Of a stretch of 63,659 bases of DNA, positions 26,421 through 42,000 are shown one piece after another (position 1 is the first letter of the stretch; each line of letters begins with the position of its first letter). Position numbers and translations under genes: made by a program. The DNA lies in the NCBI GenBank assembly GCA_028534125.1, contig CM052817.1, forward strand, positions 60,638,001-60,701,659, read 5' to 3'. Source of the stretch: Lama glama. Its lineage: Eukaryota. The notes beneath the pieces were generated by a model, which was given only the letters and a program-made list of their open reading frames with translations, was not told where the DNA came from and searched no databases.

Positions 26421-27709
26421 AGCATTTCTTCAATGCCTGCTTTCTCTCAAACAAAACTGAACAATTTACACTATTATTTCAAGACCAAAGAATATAAAAT
26501 GATATTTAAGAAAACTGTTAAGAAGTTTTAAAAATCTATGAACAGTTGCTTCTTATGAAGAGCAGGAGAAGAAAATGTATGGTTTAAGAAGTTGAATAGG
26601 CAGAGATAGATCTAGTGCTTGTTAAATGTGTGCTAAAGCTCTTCAATAACTTTTTTCCTCTACTTTGTGCAAAAAATCTTTAGGTGGGAATGACAAGGGG
26701 AAAGTCCTTAAAGGAACTAAAACCCTAGATAGGCACTTTTAATGAGTTTGAATTTCCAAGTCCAAATGAATGATATTCTACGCGAGGGAATAAATGCCCT
26801 GATGTGATATATGAGGTAGAGTAGATAATACCTACAAAACGTGAAAAAGAGGGCTGTTGTATAGTTGGAGATTGGCATATTCAAAATTAGAAAAGAAAAT
26901 TTATTCTGAGAAAGGCATGAATTTGATTTCATTCCCTGATGAAATTACAGAATGGATTATTAATCATATGTGTTGCAGGTGGTAAAAAAAATAAGCAATT
27001 CATGTTACTTACAAGTATAGTGACTATTCCAATTCATAATCATTTAAGTATAAGACATTTCATTATTTATTAGCAAAATATTTATGAATATTTATAAATG
27101 TTCAATCAATATGTTATCAGTAAATTCCTCCTTAGGTGGAATTTTTTGACTTTAGTTGAGTCATAGAATGCTTTGGGAACACTAGTGCATCAGTTTGTAA
27201 ATTGCTGATCCATAGTACTTCAAGGTCCTGAAAAAGTAAGTATACTTTCTGAGAACCTAACTGAATCTCATGGAGTTATTTATTCACCATTAATATTAAT
27301 ATAAATGAGTCAGCTCACAAATGCCATAATAAAAACAGTTACATTCATTTCACAAATAGATAAACTGAGGCTCAGAAAAGATAGGACTAGAGAGGTAAGG
27401 ACCCAGGTTAGATTTTCATTCTGAAAAGACCCAACTCCTGGTAATTAAGCTACGCAATACAAATATATGAGCTTGAAAGCAATTATTATTTCTCTGAAAA
27501 TTTGTCTTCATATAGTGTTATCAAGTTTAATACTTCTCAGTTAATAATCTTAAACTCATGATTCTTATGTTAATATGGCCTCATTGCAATATAAATGGTA
27601 CAATTAAGAAAAGCAAAATTTTAGACTCTTTTAAGGTAAAAATTGTACTAAAACCTGTTATCCTAATTGCCTATAATATGAGTCATTTGGAAAATGAATG
27701 ATTTCTTGC

Positions 27710-27925
27710 AATATGGGAAAGTGATTTCGAGCACAGGCTTTGTATTAAGAAAAACATTGCTTTAATATCTGACTTCTAAACTTATTAACTCTGAGAACTG
27801 AATGAGTTACTTAAACTAAGTTTTAGTTTCTTCATCTATGAAATGGATGGGAAAACATGTAATTCATAACTATTGTAAGAATTAAATGAGAAAAGTTATT
27901 TAAATACTTAGCACTGGGCCAAGCA
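27710..27925 (+). mobile_element. MIR SINE
   Basis: gagttacttaaac...tttagtttcttcatctatgaaatgg...ttgtaagaattaaatgag. Confidence 0.7.
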
Positions 27926-27949
27926 GCAACAAATATATATGGATGGGCT

Positions 27950-27973
27950 CACACACACACACACACACACACA
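27950..27973. repeat. (CA)12 microsatellite
   Basis: Read directly from the sequence. Confidence 0.95.
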
Positions 27974-29003
27974 AAATACTTAACTTTAGCTAGACTATTT
28001 TTGAAGCCTTTATTACTCCAGAGACTAGATGTATCTGAGCTGGTTTAGCATTCCACTAGGCATGTTACTTTTCCTGCCTTTTTCCTCCAAAAACAATAAA
28101 ACCAGTTCTGTATTCTTACATAAAACAATTTTAAAAAGAAAATAATAATGAAAATGTTCAACAAATGATTTACTATTGTTTGTGTTTGTCTGGAAGGAGC
28201 TTCCCACAACTTTAGTCACAGCCACAGATCATTATCTCAAACAAGATGCATCTTTTAGATATTTAAATATGTGTTCTCATATCATAGAACTTAAATGTGA
28301 AGTCTTTTGTTCTGTGCTCTAGCTGCAATGTGCTATATATAAGTAAAATAGCATGTGCTGTGGTTTCTGAGTGCTATCACTAAAAATCTAAGGAGACACA
28401 CACTGAGAAGAATGGTTATAAGACCAAGAAGAATTCTGTTTCCTTAATCTTTAATTGTTCATTAAAATGTTTCTGAGGTTTAAAATATAAAATCATGGTA
28501 GAGAGCTCTGGCATATGCTGTTGTAACTCAGTGCTATGAAAGCTCCATTAAACTCTAACATACTTAGAACCCAAGAATATAAATTTTGATGCAGAAAAAT
28601 CTAAACCAAGGGTGAAATGCCGTGTTGAGTTTTTTAATAACCTACTTAATAGTTTACTCTTTAAGAATATGTCAAATATCTTGGGAAGATTTTTCTCAGA
28701 AAGAATTCTTCAGAGTAAGTTTTACCTTTGCTCCTGTGTTAATGATGGCTTTGGTAAAAATGACCCGAGGAAAAGACAGTCTCCATCAGATATTATCTGC
28801 GTCTGAAACATTCTTCACTGATTCCACACGCACTGATAATACGAAAGGTAATTTGTCTAATTCTGGTAGGTCAAGATTTGCAGTAGTAAATGCAAAATTC
28901 GCATATAGCTCTTCTCTAAAAAGTCTCTGCAGTGTTTTTCAGTTTATATGAAAAGGCTTAAGATACTGCCTGAGGCATCTTTTTTTCCCTCAAGGCAAGC
29001 TAA

Positions 29004-29393
<390 letters not shown>

Positions 29394-30399
29394 TAAAAAA
29401 GGAATGTGATATTTCATATGTTATGAATTCGGTTAAGAAGGTTCCGATTCCGTATCTTGACCTCAGTAAGCGTTCTAAAAGGTCTTCCCAGCAATTCTCA
29501 GAAAAGAACATTTCCTGCTCTTTCCTGGTGAATCTCAACACTGCAGATTTCCAGCAAAGAACAGTTTAGTGTCTTTCAAAGTAAGCTCAATTTCATTAAT
29601 AAAGCCAAAAATGAATGTCAGAGGTAAGGTTCACAAGAAACTCAAGACAAGATTTTCCTTCCCAAGCACTGACATTCTGAGATATAGCCTTACTAGGATG
29701 AGGATACTACCAGATCAGATATCAATTATTTACATACGTAAGAGATGTTGAGACTTGCTTTTTGTTGAGAGACATTATTTTATGTATTAAAGATATTCAT
29801 TGGCAGTGAAAAGACTTTACGATTCTGATAAGAAATTTCATGCTTCATCTTTCACTTTAATATATAATCTTTACCAATGACTTAGAGTTTCACTATTTTC
29901 TAAAGAATGTCTTTGTTGTGTTATTCAGTATTCAATCTGCCCTACTCTTTAAATGTGTCTAGTTAATTACTTGACTCTTACAGTTTCAGAATAGAATAAT
30001 ATTTATTAAATCCCTTATTGAAGACTTCTGCCATCATAGAAAATGAAATAATAAAATATTTATGGGATTCATAGTTTCCTGCAAACTTGTCACATGTATT
30101 GAAGAGGAGAAGTTTGTATCAGTGGAGACACATGACACTTCTGCATTAATATTTACAACTTTCAGTAGCATCTTAGTTTTTATTCACATTTGCTATTGGA
30201 TCTTATATTAAATTTCATTCTTTCTCTGATCATTTGACTAATCATAAAGTTTGTCTAGACGTTTCTTCTCCACTTTCTCACTTAAAATCTATTCCTCAAA
30301 CCTCTGTAAGCATGCTTTTCCTTCTTCCTTTCTGTATCAAGGGCTCTGATTAAGGTTGTAGTTATCACAGATATTTTTGGTCTATTCATTAATCACTAA

Positions 30400-31650
30400 T
30401 CTGGTAAGTATTTAATTGACACTATTTTTTTAAGTAGAACTTTGCTAGTCACTGAATATACAATTGTGAGCAAGAGAGTCTTTGCCATCATTGAGCTACA
30501 AGTCTTGTGGGACACAAACATAAAACCCACGTATGATAGAGATCCAGCACAAACTGAAATGAGATCACAGAGGTAGGGAGGCTAAATATATCTTAATGTG
30601 GCAAAGAAAGCTTTTTGAATTAGTACTCTACAAACAGAAACAGAATTAACTATGCAAAGGGCTTACTAAAGAAGAGGATGGGGTAAAGGAGACATAGATG
30701 GTAGGAGAGAATTTAAGACCAAGAACTGAGAAAGAAATTAGAGCAGATTATGCAGAGTGGAGCTGATAAAGATGAGGCTGAAGATATATTTATTATTATA
30801 GGAAGTTTGAACTTGATTTTCAGGGAAATGATCAGCAATTTAAAGGCAGTAAATAGGGGAATGCATGTCAAAATATTCTGATTATAGTGTGGAGAAAGTT
30901 GAAAGAGCAATGTGGAAAGGGTGACAAATTATCAGAGTATTCTAATAACTAAATAAAGAGTTAATGCAGAAAGGTAAGATGGCATTGGGAATCAAAAGAA
31001 GGGTATTGATGAATCAATAGAACCCAATAAATTATATAGTGGTGTGGGAATTGGTACTGAAGGAGAAAAAGGATGTGAAGTTTATCCTAGGTTTCTGGAT
31101 TGGGAAATTACGTGTATTGGATATTGATGTCATCTTCTGGGAAAAAGAAGAGAAGAGCGGGTGTAATGGGGAAGATGATACATTCATTTTGGTGCATTTG
31201 AGTTTAAGGTATCTATGAAATATCCAAGGATATATTTCCTATGCTTGTTAGTGGTGTTATATATTTATCAGAAGCACAGAAGAGCCATTTGGGCCAAATA
31301 CATATTTAGGAGACATTGGCATGCAGATGAGAACTGAAGCCATGGAAGTGAATAAGATCATACAGAGAGAGATCATTGCTCTCAACTGCATACTTCTGAT
31401 TGAGGACCACTGGCCCAGAGAGGGCCTAGGACAGAGCCCTAAGGAAAGGAATAGACAGAGGAACTTTCAATGGCAACTAATAAGGAGTGGTAAAAAAAAT
31501 GCAAGTACTGTATATACCATCTACTGATACAAACACTGAATAAAGGTAATATTTGAATATGGAGGGTTTGGTCAACAGTGTTAAACATTTCAAAGAATCA
31601 AGTAAAATTAAGACTTGAAAGGTGTTCATTGGATTTAGCAGTAAACTTGT
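30400..31650 (-). mobile_element. L2 LINE fragment
   Basis: cctaggtttctggattggg...ttcattttggtgcatttgagtttaaggtatct...ggtgttcattggatttagca. Confidence 0.7.
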
Positions 31651-31659
31651 TAGTGGTAG

Positions 31660-31985
31660 TGTTCCAATGACATAGCTGTGTAACGGATTCCTCTAAAACT
31701 TACCAGTTGTGAGTGTCACAAGTTTACACAAGGCATAGTGAGGATGGCTTATCTTTGCTCAATGATACCTGAAGCCTCAGCTAGACAACTCAAAGTCTGG
31801 AGGCGGAACTTATCTAAAGGCTTGTTCCTTTCACTCCCATGTCTGGTGGTTATGCTGGCTGAGGGCTGAGGGCCTCAGCTTTCCTCCATGGTCTCTTTTC
31901 ATAGAATGGTTTGGCTCTCTCATAGTGTGGTGATTGATTTCTCCATAGAAAGCATCCCCAAAATAGAGAAAAGAGTCAATGAAAC
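31660..31985. mobile_element. MLT1-type LTR fragment
   Basis: gctgtgtaacggattcctctaaaactta...ggatggcttatctttgctc...cactcccatgtctggtggttatgctggct. Confidence 0.65.
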
Positions 31986-32794
31986 AGAAGAATTTTGTAG
32001 TCCAGGTTAAGGATCATAAACTTATATGATGGTGTGAGCTTCTCTTTCAGGGAACATTCTAGATATGCCACTTCATGGCTTTGTTATAAATTAAAATGGT
32101 TAAAAAATATAAAGTTTTTAGATACAGTAACTTATATAAGTGTCACAGAAGTGTTTACCAAATAAATAAAAAACAAAAACAAATTAGACTCAATTGTGGA
32201 TAATTAGGCACATAAAAAGTATAATAAGGCAAATTATTTCAGATTATTGGCAAGATGGTGGTTGAAATAGTAGATCCTAGGGTGTATGGAGCAATAAAAA
32301 AAAATAGAAGGACCAATAATGAGAGTGTAGCAGAGAGCAAGCCTGAAAAGTAATAGTTGAGTAGTGGGAGAGAGCAGAGTTCTGTTGAGACCGGAGAACA
32401 ACAGTGGAAACGTCAGTGTGAGAGAGTTTAAAGCTTGTATTTACAAAATGAGAAACTGGAGCCTAAAATTTTTGAAAGAGAACAGTAGAGGACAAGTTAC
32501 AGGTGTGTGGATGTGGATTCCTGAAGAGTTGGTGAAGGACTTCAAAGCTGATTATGAAACTGAGAGCCCAGAAGATTAGATGAACCATCTGTAACGATGG
32601 TTGGCTTGGACTGGAGAGGGAGAAAATAAGCCATGTGGCAAACAAAGTTGTCAGTAAATGAGGAGCGATAACTAGGATGTTGATAGAAACAAGCATCAAC
32701 CAGAAACGGGAGGTGGTGAAGCTAGATGTAATTAAGCTCCTTTTTACCTCACTTCTTTCCATTCCATCCAACTTTTCTGTGTGTGGTTTCAATA

Positions 32795-33840
32795 ACTACC
32801 AATATGCAGATAACTCCCAAATCTATCTTACCCATCCTTGAATTTTAGTTTTGTAGACTTTGTGGATATACTCGAGATACTACAAATTCCAACATGCCAA
32901 TAATTGAATTTATTTTACACTTTAAAACTTTATAGCCTCTCATGTTCTCTATTCCAACTGATGCATTACCAGCCACTCAGACGTAAGGGTTAGAAACTTG
33001 GAAACAATTTTTATTTCTTCTTCTTTCTACCCCTTATATCCACCCATCATCAAGTCCTGCAAATTTTACCTGGGAGTGGAGATCTCTTCTCACCTATGGA
33101 GATGAGACCTAGACACTTTACCTAGATTAAGCCTACCTCATTTCTCATCTGAACTACAGGAACCTCACAGTAGTCTTTCTTTTTCAATTTTGGCCCCTGT
33201 AAATATAGGCTCACTTACTTGTATATACACCTGAATGATCAGTATCATGGAGAGCTAAGCACGTAATTCCCATTCCTCAAATACTTCCTTGGCTTCTTAG
33301 TGCCCACTCTTTATAAGTTATTTAGAACATGAACAATATTCCATCGTCTGACTCCTGTCCAGTGCCGATTCTCATCTCTTATCACTCATGTCTCACATTT
33401 AATTGTTCGGTTACTCCAACTATTTTTGTCCCTTGAACATAAGAGAAGACTGTGTCATGCCTCTGTGCCTTTGCTTCTACTCTTTTCAGTTTCTGAAATG
33501 CCTTTATTACCAACTGCTTAATCTCTACACCCACTCTCTGCTTTCACATGGCAAATTCCTACACATCCTCTAATTCTTGCTTTGATCTCACTTCTTTCAG
33601 GAAGTCTTTGCTGGGATTAGGGACCATCTTCCATGCTATAATATATTTATCACAGTATTACCAACTATAGTGTAATTGCCCCTCCCTTTTTTTTTTGTCT
33701 CCACCTGAGTCCTTTGAAAACAAGATGGTGTCCTGTTTATCTGTTTATCTTTATGGTCGCTTTGCCTAAGCTGAGTGTCTTGTACATATTAGATGTTTAA
33801 TAAATACATACTGATCAACTAAGTAAATAAATGAATGCTA
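32795..33840 (+). mobile_element. L2 LINE 3' part
   Basis: tatgcagataactcccaaatctat...catgcctctgtgcctttgc...ends tacatattagatgtttaataaatacatactga. Confidence 0.75.
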
Positions 33841-36800
33841 AATACTTAACTAAATCAGGCATGGAGTTAACTGCGATACTGTGTTTATGAGATTGCAGTC
33901 TATCTGTGACCTTAAACTCATTTAACCCAAACAGAAAGTTATCTGGAATGTCTCCACTGGTATATTTTGTTAGGTAGCTAAGATAAGAAACTTATAAATA
34001 AGGTCTCCTATTGGTTGAAGTCTTATTTTTGAGAATATTGACAAGCTTATGGATTGGCTTTCTGAATTTTGTCTCCAGGTGGCCAAATTTTAGCAAGTTT
34101 TGGAGAACATCCAAAAGAGAAAGATAAATAAAATTATCCATATGGTTAGCATGCTTTTCTAGTTCTGTAAACAAGCTGCAGATATCAAAAGTTATAAATA
34201 TGTTAAGCACTTTTCTCTCTCAACTGTTCCCTTAAATAAGTTGTACAGCCTGTAGGTTGATTGTACATTTATACAAATTCATAATGATGAATCATGCTGA
34301 ATTGCACATAATTAACTACTTCATCTGAAAGCCTGTTATTCTTCCAGTTGCTAACAATGAAAAGGTGAATTCATTAAAAGATACCGAGAGTATCTTTATG
34401 CTTTGATTAAAAATAAATTAAGAAAAGGCTCCCAAACTCTATGAACAAGGGAATCAATCAATGCAGTGGCACTGAAACGGTAATGCACAGGCAGTGAAAT
34501 TGGAATTAGTGATAATTTCCAATAAAATGTAGTCTTTTACGGAGAAGTACAGCTCTTATTTCAGAATTACAGTCTTTATGGAGCCACTAGACCAGATTGA
34601 ATAGGAATAAAGAGGCATTTCATGATTATCAGACACATTTTTGAAAAAAGAGTTCAGGGACAGCTAAAAGCAAAAAAAAAAAAAAAAAGTTAAATATATG
34701 TGAGTTGTTTACTAATCCTAATTTTTTAAAAATTTTGTTACTTCAAAGCATTCCAAAACAACAGCTCAGGGAATCCAACTGTGCAAAAGCAGTATGGTCC
34801 ATCATAGAGATAAACTCAGTACATCTGTTTGGCTAGAACATTAGAGCTTGTGAATTAGGCAGTTTAATGCATGAATGGGAGATGAATTTTATGCAAGTTT
34901 TGTTGCCATTTTGTATCTTCCCTCATCTCCATGCATACATACGTCGCTCTGCAATCAACATACTTTAAAAAAAAAACTGGGGCTTGATTTTTGAAGATCC
35001 CTTATATTTACTTTATGGTCAGTGACTCTCAACATCATCTGGGCCATGAAGAGTCTCTACAACTTACTGCCACGTGTGGTTGTATGCAATCTGTTTGCTA
35101 TTTACTTGCAAAGGGAAATTTCAGAGTTTACCTCAGCTGGTTTTGTCTGCTGCTTTGAAATATAAATAATTGTAGTCATGTAAAATGTTTGAGGCTGTCA
35201 CATATGTTTCTTTACTGGCAAGCATGTACTATACCAGCTATGTGCCAGGAACAAGAAGAGCAAAAGAAAAACAAGGAATATTAAGTGGCTTAACAAATAT
35301 TCCTTGGATATCCTATGCCCAACCTAGATATTTTGAATATGATTATAATAAGAAAGATAAAATTCTTACAAGAATGTTTGATACCATGTAAGGGAAGTAG
35401 ACATAGCCAAATTGGGACCAAATAAACCACTTTTGATGAGAGGAGCAGACAGAATTATTGAAAGGAGTAAAGAAGAAAACTCCTTTCGTAGCTTTCTTAA
35501 GTATCAAATAGTTCCACAGATGCTAGTGATGAGTACAAAGAGGACCTTCAGGAATGGTAGAAGATAACTTGATGGCTGCTGCACAAGAGTGAACATGAGA
35601 GGCAGCCCACTGGCTTTGAGATCCCAGGACAATTTTTGGAAGAGAATAAAGAGCTCTTTCCACTGCCCGATGGATGGCACTGTTACAGAGAATCACAACT
35701 TTCTCATTTCTACAAAAAGAAGAGTCAGACATTCTTCTCTATCAAATTAGGCAACAGAAGAGGTTGTTGATGAGAAAGCATCCCTTTAAAATCTTGAGTA
35801 GGAGAATAACTCAAAAAGACATCCATTTTAGTAGGGTAGATATCAAATATATGAAATTTGCGGGTATCCTAGTCACAAAACCCCAAAGGATTCAAGCCTT
35901 GAAATGCAGTCGCTAAAGCCATTCCTTTGTAATGTTTTCTGATATTTCACATTCAATTTGAATAGAACAAAAATGATATTGGCTAGCTCTGTTGTTTACT
36001 GACCCTAATGAACACAGAGAAAATGAGAGTAATTCCCTGTGACAGGTTAACTGGACCATAGAGACAGGTTTTTTTCCTTCATTCTGTTCTTACAGATATT
36101 AACTCAAAAAGGCTCTCTGTAATTTTTGTTTAGGTTAGAACAACATCTCTGTTGTTGCTAATTGCGACTGGCAGTCCTTAACAAAGAGAGCGCCAAGCAC
36201 TCTGAGTGCTGTCACATCTACTTGAGAATTTCCCCAGGCTGATTTACAGCATGACAGGGTGCTCATTTTCTTTCTTTTTATCACCGTAGTTCTCCAACAC
36301 TAAAGGAAAAGTTGAACTTTCATACTTTCAGAGACTTTTAAACCCTATCATTATTGAGAAGCGAGTAATTTGTATGACCAGAAAACAGTGCCATGACACA
36401 AAGATGTGACTCCACCGGTTCACATTCCCTGTGAATTGTACTGAGCTTCTAAGCAATTATTCTGTGATCTATGTGCATGTGATAGCCCCTGGTTTTCATT
36501 TATTTTAATACTAACTCTTCCTGATTTGAGCCAGAAAATCCTTTCTCATGCTGACCTAGGCTTTTGAAGAGTTAAAAGTAATGAGGTAAAATAAGGCATA
36601 GATTTCTGCTTAAAAAATGCTTATAAAACAAGAACTGGTGTGAACAACATTTTCTTGGCGTCTCAGAACTACTTATGAGTACATACCATAATTAAAAGCA
36701 TTGTTTTAGTCGTTAACAAGACAAAAGAGTGGTTTCCAGAGAGGCATGTTAAAAAATTGAAGGGCAATCTTAAGATTTTCTGAGTTGGTTTCTTTTTTGT

Positions 36801-36954
36801 CCTTTCTCGAAGTGCTAAAAGAAAATATATGTTTAAAATATAAATTTAAATGATAAAAAAGCAGGTGTTATAGATCCTTTAAAATAGCATTGACATCTTT
36901 GTCAGTGTTTTTACAGTACTATGTTACAATACCCCTCAGCTTAGGTAATGAGGT

Positions 36955-37520
36955 TAAGGACAGAAACATACAATGTGGGGAATATAGTCAATAATAATAT
37001 AACAGTTTTGAATGGTGAGAGATGGTAACTAGAATTTTTGTGGTGATCATTTTGAAATGTACAGAAATATCAACTCGCCACATTGTGCACCAGGAAGTAA
37101 CATAGTGTTGTAGGTCAATTATACTTCAAAAACAACAACAAAACAATCAAACTAGTAGAAAAAGAGATCAGATTTGTAGTTACCAGTGATGGGAGGTAGG
37201 GAAGGGAAAATTGGATGAAAGTAACAAAAAGGTACAAACTTCTAGTATAAATAAGTACTAGGAATGTAATGTACAACATGATAAACATAATTAACACTGT
37301 TGAATGCTATATATGAAAGTTAAGAGAGTAAATTCTAAGGGTTCTCATCACAAGGAAAAAAATTTATTTCGTATCTACACAAAATGATGGATATTCACTA
37401 AAGTTACTCCTGTAATCATGTCATGATGTATATAAGTCAAATCATTATGCTGTACGTCTTAAACTTATATAGTGCTGAATGTCAATTACATCTCAGTAAA
37501 ACTGAAAAGGAATTAAATAA
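36955..37520 (+). mobile_element. L1 3' end (laurasiatherian, L1MA9-derived type)
   Basis: gatggtaactaga...gtggtgatcattttgaaatgtacagaaatatc...aaaggtacaaacttctagtataaataagtactagg...tgtcaattacatctcagtaaaactgaaaa. Confidence 0.85.
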
Positions 37521-38869
37521 ATACACACATACATACATGTCAGCTGTGGGGGAAAAAAAGAATAGGGACAGACGTCACCAAAGATAAATCTATTCAAAGA
37601 TGATTTAGGATCATAGTTAACGTATTGGGATCCAAGGACTACATGTGATAGAAGAGATGGTCAGTTCAGAATGTAAATTTGGAAATTCAATTTTTGTTTG
37701 ACCTCAGTTCATTTCCCCTTTACCTATGAATACGTTGTTAGAACTTTAGTAATGATGGTTATGTTTCTACCACAGCTTTTTAAAACAAAATCATGTCTTG
37801 AAAATTAAGACTCTTAGCATTTAATCTAGCTCTAAGATACATGCTTATAAGCCAACTATAATGCACATAATGCTGAATTTAGGATTCCCATCTCCAGTTG
37901 ACAAAACTGACGGATAATAAGGCACAGTGATACTTTTGTTAAATACTCTTAAATGTGGCACAGCCTTTACCTGAATTTTTCATAATTATAAGGCAGAGAA
38001 ATTCCAACATGTTATATAAATTCACATCCTATAACTTATCTATATCAGTGTTTCTTATTTGTAAACTGCATTTCTTGATGGCAGTTGTTCTTTCTTGTTT
38101 CAAGATGTAACCAAAGGCCAATACGTAATCCATACTTCCATACTTTGGACACATAGAATTGCTCTTTGATTTGTGGGTGACCAAACTTTATGGAGTCTCT
38201 TTATTTTTACAACTCTGCCTCTCAGGCTCTAAATTGCCATTCCATTTGGGACAGCTACACAGTTTGTTCTATCTGCTTCAGTTGTTTTCTAGCAGTTAAT
38301 GATTATATCCATTGTTTAAACTCTAGCATTTCCTGAAAGTATTTCTTCTGCCTTTATATTTAAAATTCTTCATTCTCTAGGAAACATCTCCTTGTTTAGT
38401 AAATGAGAATTATTTATCTAGTCACAAGAGTGAATAGGACAGCGTGGTATCTGTCTTCATGGAAACGAACTAGGAAACACAACTCCATCATAAAATCGTA
38501 ATTATCACACTGAGGAAAGCACAAGTCACAGTGGGCGTGGAGTTGACAGATATGCTGCTTCTTGGTAGATTACAGTCAGGTCAAATTCATAACGTATCAT
38601 GACCTATCAAAGACGAGAGGAACACAGACTAGGAACCAAGTTGGTTTTTTTTTTTTTTTTTCGCCAAATGACAATGGGAAAAATTAATTGGCCAGTTAAC
38701 TCACTTAATCTTTGCTTCCTGATTTATAAAAGAAAGTGTCAGATTATTTTAGAATTTTCTTTCTTATACCCTTTGAGTATAATATAAATATTTAATTAAA
38801 CAACTCTTTTCATATCTTTGTGTTTCCTTGAGAGACAGTTCAGTTTTAAATCCTTTATCTATCCATTTC

Positions 38870-39035
38870 ACAGCAATGTGTTGTTAGACAAGTTTCTTAG
38901 ACTCTAGGTGCCTCAGTTTCCCAGATAATAACTACCTACTACGTCAGGTATTTGAAAAATTAAGAGTTCACAGATATAAAACACTTAAAACTGTGTGCAA
39001 GACATAAAATAGGCACTCAACATTGTAATTATTAT
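38870..39035 (+). mobile_element. MIR SINE fragment
   Basis: gacaagtttcttagactctaggtgcctcagtttccc...aataggcactcaac. Confidence 0.65.
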
Positions 39036-42000
39036 TTTCTCAATGTTTTTGCCATCCACAGCAAGAGAGGAAATTAGCCACATTGTTTAATGCTTTATGT
39101 ACTCATTATTACCTCACAGAAAATAAGCAGTATTTTAAAGAAGCATACTGTAATTAGGCATAAGGAAATGTATTAGGAAAGCCAGTCCAGCTAATGAAAA
39201 TGTTTATAGTGAAAACCATATGCTAACGAATTCATAACTTCATGTCATTCAACTAGACATGAAAAACTACAAGAACATTTTTCCTACATGAGCATATCAT
39301 TACCACATGTATTTGTAATAAACTATAGAATAATATGGCCAAGGATGCAACAAATTAATGAACCCAAATTGAATGAATTACAAGTTTTGATTCAAGATGC
39401 TTCCAGTTTATATATTAAGTTCTTTGGGGCTCCAAAAGATTAAATAGTCTTCTAGGGACATATCTATAAAACTATGTATATATGTGTTTCAGTTTTGAAA
39501 TATATCTTGAATCTGTGACTAAAATAGCACATAATTATGTATAAACATCATATGGAAGACAATTTTTCCAAACTAAACAACCCTTAAAAACTACTATTGG
39601 TGCCAGTCTAGAGCCATATGGACCCTTTCCAGATAAAAATGATTATGATAATGATGATTGTATTTTCAGTTTTTATTTTAGTGCACTTAACAATGCCAGT
39701 ATTAAAAAATATTTAATGATTTTAAAATATATCAATAACTATCTGACAGTTTAATATACTAATAAACCTAAAAGCAGCTTTTTCTATTATATAGATATAA
39801 TCTTTGTAAAGTAAATACTATGCTAAAATTTTCATTTCCCTGATAGAAGTGTTTTTAAACTTAAGAACATTACTGAAATATGGTTTCCATTGTTAACATA
39901 CATGTAATACTTACATTGTAAATACCTTTGAGATACATTATAATGTGTAGGAAAGTTATAAATAATATGGTTCAGTCTGTATTCTTAATACATTATATTA
40001 TTGCAGTATCAGAATATATACTACCAGATATAAGGTTAATTTTAAGATGAAAACAATTTCCCAGTAATCAGTAAAACTTGTGACTTTGATCTGAGAAAAT
40101 CAGAGTATATAATAATATTCAGAGTTAAATCTGAAGCAAAGAATATGTCAAAGCAGTGTTCAAAAGGTTGATTCTAAATTAAAACCATTTGTGATATTTA
40201 ATGAATATTAATCATCTAAAAATAAATTGGATTATATTATTAAAATTACTGAAAAGGAATAAATGACCTTTGGATATTTTTCCAAAAACTGTTTTAATAC
40301 AATTTTCACTGAGAAAAATAACCGAGTTCCTAAATTAGTAATAATTTGTTGCCTGAAATAAATTTTTGAGAAGTCTATTTTTTAAATAGATGTGATCCTA
40401 ATATTTTTTTTGGCTTTAACATTTCAAAATAGTAAGACTTCTTCCCATCATTAAGTTATCTTCAAAGTCTTGAAGGATTGTTAATGGCATTCTCTTTTAA
40501 CTTAGATTCTTTATAATATACTGATAGTCTCACCTTTTTTCTAAATGTAAAAATAATTTTGCTATATCAGCAGGGAATGTCTGTAAGCACCACATTTCTG
40601 TTCTATTGTACTATTCAAAGAGTTAAGGCCACTTAGTTTTCAGTCCTCTGCCTTACATCACCACCCAAGGAGTGCTATAATCCTCTGGAAATGCATTGCC
40701 TGGAGTGTGGCTCTGCTTAATAAATCACTCCATCTTATTTATCTTTCTCTTGACATATATCTAGCAGCAGGAACCATTATCCTGTGACAATGTTAAGTTC
40801 TACTGACATTTTCTCTTAATTAACTACACCACTGGCTACAAATTTTACATTGGGAATACACTTCCCTTATTTAATGCTGCCTTGAACAAAAGAAGTGTTG
40901 TTTGTCTTACATTCATTGTCATAACATCCTACAATAAGTGAAACGTCTGTTACTCTTCCAGAAGACCAGTTTATTCTGCTGAGAAAACAACAAACAGAAG
41001 TTTTATTTAGAATCATATGACATCATTTTTATTTAAAAATGCATTTTATTAGACATCTTAATTAATATATGAGAGCCAGATTACATGTATCAGTATCTGG
41101 GGGAAGGGTGGTTAAGTATAGGGACCCACAAATGCAAAGGGCGTGCTCCAAGAGGCCAGAAGAATTAGGAGAGGGTGACTCAGAGAGGGCCATGAATTCT
41201 CATGACATTGGGTTTTGAAGACTTTGGCTCCTACTTCGAGAGTAATGGAGTGTCACAGGAGCATGGGAGTGGTTGTTAATTGGAGGGCATTAATTGGAAA
41301 ACCATTCTGTATCTGTTCTGTGTTCAAATCCATATTTGGAGATTTAATCATCGCTTCAAAAATAATCATAGGTTTGTATCTAAATGAGTCCTGATTGTAT
41401 TTTGTAAGTGTGAGACATACATCTATTTAGGTAGATATGGTTACAAAATACATCCAATCTTTTAAAAAAAAAACCTTAACTCTAAGATCCAGCCACACTG
41501 TTTTCTACTCTGCAGATCAAGCAAATATGGTTATTCATTTCAGACAACATATTCATAGTTAATCAAAAGATACAAGAGTTACATTTCCAGCTTTATTTGT
41601 GGTGACGGTGCCTGAAGAGGACCATTTTCTTCCAAGTAATCTTCCCCGTGTAATTTTTTCCTGTATCAAACCAAACTACAGATAATATAATGTCTTTCTT
41701 TCAGAGTAGGATTAAATAAGTCCCTTGTACCTAAATCACTGGAAATAAGGTTCTCTATAGAATATTTTTCGTGTAAAGGAATTGAAAAGCTTTCTTACTG
41801 CTTTATTCATTTGAAATTTATATATACTTCCCTTTATCCAGAAAGACCTTGAAATCTGCTAACATTCATAATAGCATGAGATTCTTTGGCTTCTGTCACA
41901 GAAAAAAAAAATCGATAACATTCTATACTCCCAGTTTTCCTTGTCAAGGCCAGCTCTTTGATTTAAAAATTTCTTGATTTTTAAATCCACAGCCATTTGG

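Noticed and set aside
29399..29416. Intronic aaggaatgtgatatttca resembling the AMPA-receptor QG-CDIS coding sequence just after QQG
   Set aside because: Post-hoc match. Removing a 34-nt gt..ag segment gives GGA ATG TGA (stop, wrong frame), the segment is too short and purine-rich to be an intron, and unselected sequence would not survive since the delta/AMPA split.
41960..41987. 11-bp inverted repeat gatttaaaaat/atttttaaatc with a 6-nt loop
   Set aside because: Very AT-rich and short; plausible by chance.
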